IMG/VR virus record: IMGVR_UViG_3300036794_000064
Span: 1 to 54,185 of that record
Length of the DNA: 54,185 nt
Origin: a virus
Lineage: Duplodnaviria > Caudoviricetes
Reading direction: 5' to 3' (one strand)
Shown here: positions 6,616-14,887 of the stretch, in pieces
How positions within the stretch are numbered: position 1 is the first letter of the stretch
Layout: each line of letters starts with the position of its first letter
Made by a program: the position numbers and the translations under genes
Notes under the pieces: model-generated
Database searches by the model: none
What the model was told of the DNA's origin: nothing
What the model saw: the letters and a program-made list of their open reading frames with translations, nothing else

Positions 6616-8774
6616 ACGCCGGCGACGGTGAGGGCGTCGCCGAGCCGCTCGAGGCGGTCCATGTCGAACACCGGCTCGCCCCGCTTCCCGGCCTGGTCGA
6701 CCGGCTGCGCGGCGTGCACCACCGGCAGCCACGACCCGGCATCGGCTTTCAGTTCGTCCCGCACCGCCGGGTTCTCCGGCAGATGGTCCGGGTCGAACCA
6801 GGCGGCCGTCTCCTGATACTTCCCGCGAGGATTGTCCGGGTTGCGGATCTTCGCCCGATCCGGGTTCACCTTCAAACCGGCCTCTTCGGGGATGACAAGC
6901 ACATGCCCCCGGTAGACGCCGTTCGGACTGGTCCACGACCCGGCGACGTTCCCGTCGGGCATCGGGACGCCGACCTCTTCCTGCCACTCCCGCCGGGCGG
7001 CGTCGAACGAGTCCTCGCCCGGTTCGATATGACCGCCAGGAAACTCCCACCGACCCGACGACGGATCCTTCTCGTCCAACGCCCGCTGCAACATCAGCAC
7101 CCGGCCGGTGTCACCAGCTTTGACCGCGACACCCGCCGCGACGAGCTTGGAGGGGCCGGAGCGGATGCCGAGCTCCCGGCGGCGGCGCATCCGGGCGACC
7201 TGCTCGCAGATCTGATCCGCCAGGATCGGCGTCGGAACCGCGGTGCGAGCCCGGTGGGCTCGGATACCGGCGGCGGTGATCCGCTCCCGCGGTTTGCGGA
7301 CCAGACCCCAGCCGGCCCGGCCCGAGTTGATCGTGAACGTCGTCGTCGGCCGGTGCCGCCACAGCCACCCTTCCGGCGCCCCCATGGCCGGCGACCCCGC
7401 ACCGTGCAGGCGCAGCGACCGGCCGCCCGCGCCGCCCGACGACGAGGCTTCGTCGACCTCCTCGCCGAGCGGCGCCGTCGAAATGTCCTCGCCGGTAGCG
7501 GTGAACGACGGGATCCGCAGCAGATCCGACGCCTGCTGCGGGCTGATCACCCCGGCGTCGATGGCGTCCTTCAATGACGGCGCCTGAAAGATCGTCGGCG
7601 GCTGGAGGGCGACGACACGGGACAGGTCGAACCAGCCGACATCTTCCCCCAACTTGGGGGCCAGCTGGAGGTTGACGTCGTCCTGGAGCTCCATGATGTC
7701 GTTCACCGCCGTCAACGTCCAGAAGTTCCGGTACTCGCTGTCGGCGTTCGCGTAGATCCGCTGCGACGCGTCACCGATCAGGCTCTTGGACACCCCCAAC
7801 GCGATGTTGATGTCGGACTTCGCTGTCTCCACCATCTGCAGCAGCTGGGCGTCGACGGACTTCATGGACAGGTCGACGACCTGCACGCTGGCCTGGTCGG
7901 CGAGTTTGCCGGCCTGGTCGTAGTCGTTCTCCGCCTCCGCGAAGATCGTCTTACCGGCGTTGTCGAACCCGGAGAACTCGGAGAAGAACTGGTCTTCCCA
8001 CGCCCGCCGGTCGGCGGGATCCTCGAACGGCGGGGCGATCACGATCTTCGACGCCACCATCCCGTTTTTCAGCAGGGACCACATGTACCGGTCGGAGGCG
8101 ACAGCGATCTCGATCGGCAGTTTCGCCGCTTTCAACACGGACTCGGGTTGGCGCCAGTCTTCGATGCTGGGCCGCCAGGCGTAGAAGACCCGGTCGACGG
8201 TGAACGGGATGATCCCGGTCGGGGTGCGGTACTGGAAGCCTTCGAACCAGGTGGGTTTGCCGGGCATCGACGGGATCGGGTCGAGCGCGGCGGCGACCAG
8301 CGGCCACAGGGCGATGATGTCTTTCGACTGCGGGTCGAGTTGCTGTTCCCAGGCCATGCGGCCGGTGACGATGCGCTGCACGATCGACCACGTCCACAGG
8401 GCTCGGGCGGTGGTCGTCGGGTTCGGTCCGCCCGGCTCCTGCGGGCTGGCGGGGCCGAGGAGTTTGGCGAGGGGTGCGCCGGGGGTGGTGACGGACGGGT
8501 TGTCGGGGTCAGGTCCGGCGCAGAACGGCAGGGCGCTGATGGTTTCGGCGCGCAGCCGGACGCAGCGCATCACATAGGTGTGGCCCATATAGGCGATCTG
8601 GGCGGCCTGCTGGGCGTCCCAGTCGACGTACAGCGGCTGGTGGGGGCTGACGTAGGTGGTGCTCGAGGTGGCGCCGATTTTCCCGCGGCCGGCGGCGGGC
8701 GGGTTGATGGCCATGCCGAGTCCGGCGCCGGTGCCGGGGAGGGCTCGGACGGCGAGGCGGTCTAGGAATCCCAT
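6612..8774 (-). CDS. Portal protein (HK97-like) fused to a C-terminal NUDIX hydrolase
   Basis: Position after terL; YVMRCVRLRAETISALP, NAGKT, DAQLLQ...INIALGVSKSLIG...YANA; Nudix box GGHIEPGEDSFDAARREWQEEVG at about 6968-7036. Confidence 0.9.
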   Translation of the reverse strand: MGFLDRLAVRALPGTGAGLGMAINPPAAGRGKIGATSSTTYVSPHQPLYVDWDAQQAAQIAYMGHTYVMRCVRLRAETISALPFCAGPDPDNPSVTTPGAPLAKLLGPASPQEPGGPNPTTTARALWTWSIVQRIVTGRMAWEQQLDPQSKDIIALWPLVAAALDPIPSMPGKPTWFEGFQYRTPTGIIPFTVDRVFYAWRPSIEDWRQPESVLKAAKLPIEIAVASDRYMWSLLKNGMVASKIVIAPPFEDPADRRAWEDQFFSEFSGFDNAGKTIFAEAENDYDQAGKLADQASVQVVDLSMKSVDAQLLQMVETAKSDINIALGVSKSLIGDASQRIYANADSEYRNFWTLTAVNDIMELQDDVNLQLAPKLGEDVGWFDLSRVVALQPPTIFQAPSLKDAIDAGVISPQQASDLLRIPSFTATGEDISTAPLGEEVDEASSSGGAGGRSLRLHGAGSPAMGAPEGWLWRHRPTTTFTINSGRAGWGLVRKPRERITAAGIRAHRARTAVPTPILADQICEQVARMRRRRELGIRSGPSKLVAAGVAVKAGDTGRVLMLQRALDEKDPSSGRWEFPGGHIEPGEDSFDAARREWQEEVGVPMPDGNVAGSWTSPNGVYRGHVLVIPEEAGLKVNPDRAKIRNPDNPRGKYQETAAWFDPDHLPENPAVRDELKADAGSWLPVVHAAQPVDQAGKRGEPVFDMDRLERLGDALTVAGV

Positions 8775-8796
8775 GCGACCACCTCCGGTCCGGTTG

Positions 8797-8958
8797 CTAA
8801 CGATGTTGGGCGGTGCGTCGGGCCAGTTCCCGCAGCTGGTCGGCCGACGCGCGGGCGAGGATCTCGGGGAGGTGGCGGGTCGCCCAGCGGATCCCGGCGT
8901 AGAAACTGCCGGCGCAGCCGACGCCGGTGATGATCGCGGACCATTCGAACGGGGTCAC
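8797..8958 (-). CDS. Small membrane protein
   Basis: MTPFEWSAIITGVGCAGSFYAGIRW hydrophobic segment; GTGA overlap with the terL stop. Confidence 0.55.
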   Translation of the reverse strand: MTPFEWSAIITGVGCAGSFYAGIRWATRHLPEILARASADQLRELARRTAQHR

Positions 8959-10238
8959 CGGCGGCTCACGTAGGTCATGCGGGCACCTCTCGGTTTCACG
9001 CTTTCGGCCAGGTCCGTGACCGCCCACACCAGGGCGTCCATCCGGTCCGGCGACGTCCCCGAGTCAGGCACCCACGACAACATCTGGTCCTCCAGCTGCG
9101 GGAACATCCCGACGTGGTGGACGCGGCCTTGCTCGTACAGGGCGGAGACAGGCTCGGCCCGCTGCCGTTTCCCCCGGGACGCGTGCACGACCCGGACCGG
9201 CACGTTGGGCCGCACGGAGCGGAGTGTGTGTTCGACCATCTGGCCGCCGTAGTTCGACTCGGCCACGACCCGGTCCCCGCAAAACTCGTCCAACGCCAAC
9301 AGGGCCCGGTCGGCCCACTGTTGCGGGGTGCCCCGACACGACCGGTCGGCCAGCACATAGAACTCGCTGCCCGCCCGGCCGCAGGCGACGATCCCGGTCT
9401 CGTCGTTGTGTTCGCCGGTGCCGCCGGCAGGGTCGATCGCCACCACCACCCGGTCCAGGTCGGGCGGTTCGCTGATTCTGCCGGCATCGACCAGGGCGAC
9501 AGTCCACAGGGCGCCCTCGACGTCGTCCAGGAGCTCGCCTTCGAGCTCCTGGCGGCCAAGGCGGGTGCCGCCGTAGTCGGCGTACAGCTGGTCGCGGACC
9601 ATCTGGTCGAGGTGGATCGCTTCGGAGGTTTTGCCTCGGGTGACCCGTGTTTTCGGGTCGGCGATGAACCCTTTCAACGCCAGGCGTGGTTTGGGGGTGG
9701 TCGACGCGACGATATGCGGCCGGGTGCCGAGGCGGAGACCGTAGCGGGAGTGGCGCATCGCCTCGTCGAGTTTCGCCCAGGCGGCGAGCTCTTCCCACCA
9801 GGCGAGGCACCGGTTTCCGCCGGCCCGGAGCCGTTCGACGTCTTCGGGTCCGTGGGCGCCGAACAGTTTCCCTTCGGCGCCGCCGGGGAACAGGACGTAG
9901 GTGCCGCCTTTGCGGGTCACTTCCCGGATTTCGGGCCAGTACGCTTTGAGGCCGGAGGGGCCGTTGACGCAGGCGTCGGATGCGTCGCCGAGGGTGGGGG
10001 CGATGATGGCCATGCGGTGGCCGCCGGGGAGTCGGTGGTCGCAGGCGGGGCCGCGGACGTGGTCGATGACGTAGTGGGCTGCCCCGTCGGTTTTGCCGGT
10101 GCCTCGGCCGCCGAGCTGGAGCCACGCGCCGGCTGGGGGGATGTGGTCGGGTGGGATTTGCCACGGGTACGGCTCCCAGCCGCCGTGATCGGGGGGCGGC
10201 CGGTCGACGAGTGCTGCTGTGGCGGCGAGGACTCCCAC
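8955..10238 (-). CDS. terL: Terminase large subunit
   Basis: Walker A GGRGTGKT, Walker B AWWEE, STTPK coupling motif, nuclease AIDPA, AESNYGG, SPDRMDALVWA. Confidence 0.95.
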   Translation of the reverse strand: MGVLAATAALVDRPPPDHGGWEPYPWQIPPDHIPPAGAWLQLGGRGTGKTDGAAHYVIDHVRGPACDHRLPGGHRMAIIAPTLGDASDACVNGPSGLKAYWPEIREVTRKGGTYVLFPGGAEGKLFGAHGPEDVERLRAGGNRCLAWWEELAAWAKLDEAMRHSRYGLRLGTRPHIVASTTPKPRLALKGFIADPKTRVTRGKTSEAIHLDQMVRDQLYADYGGTRLGRQELEGELLDDVEGALWTVALVDAGRISEPPDLDRVVVAIDPAGGTGEHNDETGIVACGRAGSEFYVLADRSCRGTPQQWADRALLALDEFCGDRVVAESNYGGQMVEHTLRSVRPNVPVRVVHASRGKRQRAEPVSALYEQGRVHHVGMFPQLEDQMLSWVPDSGTSPDRMDALVWAVTDLAESVKPRGARMTYVSRR

Positions 10239-10239
10239 G

Positions 10240-10524
10240 TCATCGGGCTCGGCGGCGCTGCATGCGCACTACTCGGTGACCGACCCGCTCGAGAGCTGGG
10301 ACGATCTCCTCGAGCGACCGGTAGGTTTCGAGTGGGAGTCGGGCGTAGAGCGTGCCGTCGGTGGTGGTGACGCCAAGATGCTTCCAGGTGATCGGCGGCT
10401 CGAAGATCACGTACTCGTCGAAGAGCTCCCACACTGCCGGATGGACGGACTCGACGCACACGGTGGTGACTATTCGGACCTTTCCGCCTTCGATCCCCCA
10501 CCCGGAGATGCTCATCGTGGGCAC
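10240..10524 (-). CDS. Hypothetical protein
   Basis: 94-aa ORF directly upstream of terL with normal composition. Confidence 0.5.
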   Translation of the reverse strand: MPTMSISGWGIEGGKVRIVTTVCVESVHPAVWELFDEYVIFEPPITWKHLGVTTTDGTLYARLPLETYRSLEEIVPALERVGHRVVRMQRRRAR

Positions 10525-10549
10525 AGTCCGCCATCACTAGCCGAACCGA

Positions 10550-10579
10550 AGCATGGCGTGTAGCAAACCCGCTTGTCAA
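10550..10579 (-). promoter_or_regulatory. Putative sigma70-type promoter for packaging/structural genes
   Basis: TTGACA (10579-10574), 18-nt spacer, CATGCT (10555-10550) in one of the few intergenic gaps. Confidence 0.5.
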
Positions 10580-10590
10580 GCATCCCCACG

Positions 10591-11292
10591 TCAGGACGCC
10601 TTCGCCTGCCGTTGGCGGGTGACGGTGAACCAGCAGGATTTGGCGTGGAAGGCTTGCCCGTCGATGCGGCGGATCGGGTCGTCGCGGCCGCCGGCGACCG
10701 GCTTCTCGCACAGCCCGCACGTCTCGGAGGCCGGGGTTCGCTGCCCGACCGTCACGCCGCCCATGCTGGTGCCTTTCGATGGCGGCCCGGGCCAGTGCCG
10801 GGCGGCGGAGTCGGCGAGTCGGTACAGGAGGCCGCGTTGGTGGTCGTGGCCGGGCCGGTGCGCATCCCAGCTGTCGGCGAGCACGCTGACAGCGGCGAGG
10901 AGTTGGGCCCGGACGGGGTCGGGTTGCCATTCGACCTGGACATGCGCGGTCGGGTAGGCGGCGGCGAGGATGGCGAGGACGGTGTCGTGGAGTTCGGAGA
11001 TCCAGCCGACTGCGTAGCCGATGTCGTGGCCGGTGAGCGCCGCGAGTTCGACACCGGTAGCCGAGACGCGTTCTTCGTGGTCGCCGACCTGCACCCGCAA
11101 TGTCGGGCCTCCCCCGCTGCCGCCGTCGTAGCCGGCCCGGCCCGGGAATCCGATGGCGCCGACGTCGAGGAGGGCGTCCGGCCACGCGTCGCAGACCCGG
11201 TCGACGGCGGTGCGCATCGCCTGGCGGTGCTGCTGCGCCGCGGTCAGCGGTTTCGGCTCGGCGGTCCGTTTGAGGCGGGATTGCTTGCTCAT
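10591..11292 (-). CDS. Hypothetical protein with C-terminal CxxC..H..C motif (possible late regulator)
   Basis: 233-aa ORF, RBS AAGGAGG, ATGA overlap; CGLC...HAKSC. Confidence 0.65.
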   Translation of the reverse strand: MSKQSRLKRTAEPKPLTAAQQHRQAMRTAVDRVCDAWPDALLDVGAIGFPGRAGYDGGSGGGPTLRVQVGDHEERVSATGVELAALTGHDIGYAVGWISELHDTVLAILAAAYPTAHVQVEWQPDPVRAQLLAAVSVLADSWDAHRPGHDHQRGLLYRLADSAARHWPGPPSKGTSMGGVTVGQRTPASETCGLCEKPVAGGRDDPIRRIDGQAFHAKSCWFTVTRQRQAKAS

Positions 11293-11945
11293 ACGCCCTC
11301 CTTGATGCCGGCCGAATCGAGCCGGCGCAACTCCGTCCCCAACACCTGCCGGGCCCTGTCATGCAACTCCGCCGGCACCACCGACGCGAGCATCACATCC
11401 ACCGCCCCCGCCAGCAGCACCGCCTGCGCCTCCTCGACCCGCACCCGCCGCTCGGCCATCCCGAGTTTCACGCAGATCTCATCGATCTTCGCCAACCGGT
11501 CCGACCAGTCGCCCAACATCTGGACCAGCACGTGAGGTTTCGCCTCGCCGGTCGGCTTCCCGGTCTGATGGTACGTCCGCCCGTAGATCCCGTCCGTGCC
11601 GCCCGCCCCCGGCATGTCCGCCTCGGGCACCAACTTGAGGTTCCCGACCAGCGTCCACAGGGCGTCGACAGTCCCCCGGTACCGGTCCCGGAGCTCCGCG
11701 AGCGCCTCGCCGTCCGACGTGCGGATCGGCAGCCCCAGACGGGCCAACTCGGCCGCGGCGACCTCGACCTGGATGCGCCGGTCCGCGGCGGCCGCCACCT
11801 GGGCTGCCCGGGCGCCGTGGTAGCGGCAGACGGTGGCACCCCGTCTCGGCCAGTTGCCGCACGGTTCGCCGTCGGTGCTGCGATGGCTGGTGCAGCCTCG
11901 TGGATGGGTTTTCCCGCAGTCTGAGCACTGGAAGGGTCCGCTCAT
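11289..11945 (-). CDS. Putative terminase small subunit (HGGxSTG-like Cys/His domain)
   Basis: CTSHRSTDGEPCGNWPRRGATVCRYHGARA motif followed by a helical region; upstream of terL. Confidence 0.6.
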   Translation of the reverse strand: MSGPFQCSDCGKTHPRGCTSHRSTDGEPCGNWPRRGATVCRYHGARAAQVAAAADRRIQVEVAAAELARLGLPIRTSDGEALAELRDRYRGTVDALWTLVGNLKLVPEADMPGAGGTDGIYGRTYHQTGKPTGEAKPHVLVQMLGDWSDRLAKIDEICVKLGMAERRVRVEEAQAVLLAGAVDVMLASVVPAELHDRARQVLGTELRRLDSAGIKEGV

Positions 11946-12217
11946 GGCCGTACTGGCGGGTCGGGGATGGCGATGTGTTGGGTTCGGGCCCGTACGAGGT
12001 GGCTTTGGCCTCGGCCTCGGCGTTGGGTGATGTGTTCTTTGTGGGCTCGGTCGAGGAGGTTGAGGGCTGTGCGTGGTGCGACCCCGGCGGCGGTCATGGT
12101 TTGGATGAGGCTGGGACGCGGGTGCCATTTGCCGTCGCTGATGGTGATGAGCATGGTTTGCCATGCGGCCCAGAGGCGGGGGGATGTGTCTGGCCGGATG
12201 TCGGGTTGCCAGGTCAC
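11942..12217 (-). CDS. Small putative winged-helix protein
   Basis: 91-aa ORF coupled to the downstream gene; GVAPRTALNLLDRA helix pattern. Confidence 0.5.
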   Translation of the reverse strand: MTWQPDIRPDTSPRLWAAWQTMLITISDGKWHPRPSLIQTMTAAGVAPRTALNLLDRAHKEHITQRRGRGQSHLVRARTQHIAIPDPPVRP

Positions 12218-12254
12218 TGGATGTTGTGTCCTGGTGCGGGTGCTTGCTGGTTGT

Positions 12255-12415
12255 TAGCGGTGCGCATGGGGGTGCGCATTCCCCTGTAAGGAGTGCACGC
12301 ACTCTGCGCACCCCGCTTTTGGGCAGCGGGGTGCCGTGCGCGCACCCCCCACATCTTGGGGTGCGCATGGTTTGCGTGGGTGCGCATGCGCATTCTTGCG
12401 CCCCCCGCAATTGGG
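12255..12415. repeat. GGTGCGCAT repeat cluster; candidate replication origin
   Basis: GGTGCGCAT at 12259, 12271, 12360 and 12379; inverted GCGCACCCC copies near 12306 and 12340; gap directly downstream of the primase-helicase. Confidence 0.55.
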
Positions 12416-14359
12416 TCAGAAGGGCGGGTCATCGTCGTGGTCCTCCGGGTCGTATTCGAGTTCCGGCTCAGCCGGTGGGGGCACGGATCTGGGGGGCCAG
12501 GTGTCGCCGAAGCGGCGGCCCAGTTGGTCGTGGGCGTCGAGCGCCCGGTAGGAGTACGGCTGCCCGCTCTCGCCCTGGCCGTACGAGGCGACCAGGTTTT
12601 TGTCGACGAGCTTCTTGCAGGCGTCTTGGATGGTGCGGCGTTTGAGGCCGGTGCCGGTGGTGTCGTCTCGGGCTACCCGGTCGCCTATCTCTCGGACCGA
12701 TAGCCAGTCTGTAGCGGCGAGGAGGACGGCGTGGATTCGTTTCAGGGCGGGGCTGAGGTTCTCGGCGCCTTCGATGCTGTCGGAATCGTCGGCGTGGAGT
12801 TCCTCGATGGTGTAGTGGAGCGGCGAGTCGAGGTGGTCGGGGTCGTCGGCCCACACCCGCCGGCGTGTCCGGAACGTGGTCTCGGGGACTTCGTCGCCGA
12901 TCAGGTCCCATTCGAGGGTGACCCGGGATTCGCCGGTGTCTGTGTCGGTGGCTCGGGCTTTGACCGCGGCGGAGAGGAGCACCCGCCCCCATTCTTGGCC
13001 GCCGACGCCGGTCATCCGTTGGGCGCCTTGGCCGGTGCCGGTCTTGTTCCAGTGGTGGATGAGAGCGAGAGCGGCGCCGGAGTTCTGGGCGACCTGTTGG
13101 ACGGCTTCGAGGTGTTCGCCCATCTCGATTAGCTGCGACGCTTTGGCGCCGCGGGCGGCCAGGTAGAGCGGGTCGATGATGACGAGGGTCGGGCTGACGG
13201 CGGTGACTTTTTCGGTGAGCGCCTCGAGGTGGTTGCGGTCGGTGAGGTGGGGCACCCGGAAACACACGTGGATGGGGAGGTTCTCGTAGGCCACCTGGTG
13301 GAAGGCGGCGATGGCGCGGAGGCGGCGGAGCATTTTGCGTTGGCCGCCTTCGCCGAGGCAGACGATCACGGGCCCGGGTGTGTCGCACGCCCACATGCCC
13401 ATCCATGGGGTGCCGGCCGCGACAGCGACGGCCATGTCGAGCGCGGCCCATGTTTTGCCGGCTTTCATCTCTGCGGCGACGACGCCGTAGCCGTCGGCGG
13501 GCCAGATCGGCCGGATCAGCCACCCGACCGGTGGTGCGCCGTCGACTATGGCGGCGTGTTCGGCGGCGGTGAACCACTCGAGCGGCGGCCGCGGTTCGGG
13601 GTCGCCTTGGAAATCGTCGATGGTGTACCCGGCGCCGAGGTGTTCGGCGGCGTCTTTGCCGTGGACGGGTTCGACGAGGCGGATGGTGCGGGCCACGTCG
13701 CCGAGCTCTACCGCGACGTCGAGGGCGTGGCGTCGGCCGGTGTCGTCTCGGTCGGCGACGATAACAACCCGGGCGCCTTTCAGATGCTGGTTGTACTCGC
13801 GTCGCCATTTCCCGGCGCCGCCCGGGTTGGTGGTCGCGGTCTCGCCGGCGGTCTCGAGGGCTTCGACGTCTTTTTCGCCTTCGACGATCCACACTCGCCG
13901 TCCGCGCCGGACGGCGTCGATGACTTGGGGGAGTCGGTAGAGGGTGCGATCGACGCCTTGCATGTTCCACACCCAGCCGCCGTTGCCGTCGGGGTGGCGT
14001 TGCCGGAACGCCTTCGGGGCCATCCTGACTACCTGGTAGAGGAGCGTGCCGGCGGGGTCGGTGTAGTCGTAGGTGCGTTCGATGGCGGCCCGGTCCGGGT
14101 CTGCGTGGCCGTTGCTGTTCGAGGTTTGGTCGAAGAGGTCGTTGACGGTGAGGTGGAGGGCTTCGACGATCTGGTTGACGGAGCAGCCGGCGTGGCAGTG
14201 CACGGCGATTTTGCCGTCGCCGCGGGTGACGGACAGCGACGGGTTCCGGTCTGTGTGCGCGGGGCACCGCCAGCCTCCCTTTTCGTTGGGTGGCTGATAG
14301 CCGGTCACTTCGGCCAGGCGCCGGGTGACGGTGTCGTAGGCGTCGATGTCGGCCATCAA
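12416..14359 (-). CDS. Primase-helicase (Zn finger + TOPRIM + RecA-like AAA_25 helicase)
   Basis: CPAH.D.NPSL...CHAGC; IVEGEKD, ADRDDTG; AEMKAGKTW, VIIDPL, IHHWNK. Confidence 0.9.
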   Translation of the reverse strand: MMADIDAYDTVTRRLAEVTGYQPPNEKGGWRCPAHTDRNPSLSVTRGDGKIAVHCHAGCSVNQIVEALHLTVNDLFDQTSNSNGHADPDRAAIERTYDYTDPAGTLLYQVVRMAPKAFRQRHPDGNGGWVWNMQGVDRTLYRLPQVIDAVRRGRRVWIVEGEKDVEALETAGETATTNPGGAGKWRREYNQHLKGARVVIVADRDDTGRRHALDVAVELGDVARTIRLVEPVHGKDAAEHLGAGYTIDDFQGDPEPRPPLEWFTAAEHAAIVDGAPPVGWLIRPIWPADGYGVVAAEMKAGKTWAALDMAVAVAAGTPWMGMWACDTPGPVIVCLGEGGQRKMLRRLRAIAAFHQVAYENLPIHVCFRVPHLTDRNHLEALTEKVTAVSPTLVIIDPLYLAARGAKASQLIEMGEHLEAVQQVAQNSGAALALIHHWNKTGTGQGAQRMTGVGGQEWGRVLLSAAVKARATDTDTGESRVTLEWDLIGDEVPETTFRTRRRVWADDPDHLDSPLHYTIEELHADDSDSIEGAENLSPALKRIHAVLLAATDWLSVREIGDRVARDDTTGTGLKRRTIQDACKKLVDKNLVASYGQGESGQPYSYRALDAHDQLGRRFGDTWPPRSVPPPAEPELEYDPEDHDDDPPF

Positions 14360-14475
14360 TGGGTGCGCTGCTTTTCCTCCAGGTCGCAGATCAGGTCGTA
14401 TTGGGCGCGGACGATCCGCTCGAGCCGGCGGCGGCCGGCGAGGCGGATGCGGAGCCGGTAGGCGAGACGTTTCAT
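14356..14475 (-). CDS. Small hypothetical protein
   Basis: MKRLAYRLRIRLAGRRRLERIVRAQYDLICDLEEKQRTH; overlaps both neighbours. Confidence 0.45.
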   Translation of the reverse strand: MKRLAYRLRIRLAGRRRLERIVRAQYDLICDLEEKQRTH

Positions 14476-14672
14476 TCGGCTCCTGTCGTACGGCGGTTCT
14501 TGGCGAGGGATTCGGCGGCGCAATCGTCGGAGCAGTACAGGTAGCGGGGGGTGCTGTCGGCGCCGCAGTTGATGCACCGCCGGGATGCGGGCCCGGTGGG
14601 TTCGCGTCGTTTTTTGGCGCGGGTGGCGTCCCATCGCGCCGACGCGCTCCCCTCCTCCGGCTGGTCGGTCAT
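14472..14672 (-). CDS. Small zinc-ribbon protein
   Basis: CINCG...YCSDDC; ATGA overlaps. Confidence 0.55.
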   Translation of the reverse strand: MTDQPEEGSASARWDATRAKKRREPTGPASRRCINCGADSTPRYLYCSDDCAAESLAKNRRTTGAE

Positions 14673-14866
14673 GTGCCGGCCTGCCCGGTTTTGATCCAAC
14701 GGCCGGCGTGATGGCGGGCGGGGTCGCCGTAGTGGCCGCACCGGTGGCATTGCCACCAGGTGCAGGCGGGGTTGTGGTCGGGGTGGCAGTGGGGTGTGAG
14801 CGCGCCGGTGGAATGCCCGAGTCGTTTCGGGCAGGTGGGGCATTCGGGGGCGCGTGGGGCGGCCAC
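14669..14866 (-). CDS. Small Cys/His-rich protein
   Basis: CPTC...CTWWQCHRCG. Confidence 0.5.
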   Translation of the reverse strand: MAAPRAPECPTCPKRLGHSTGALTPHCHPDHNPACTWWQCHRCGHYGDPARHHAGRWIKTGQAGT

Positions 14867-14887
14867 AGGGGAAGATGCGGCCGGCTA

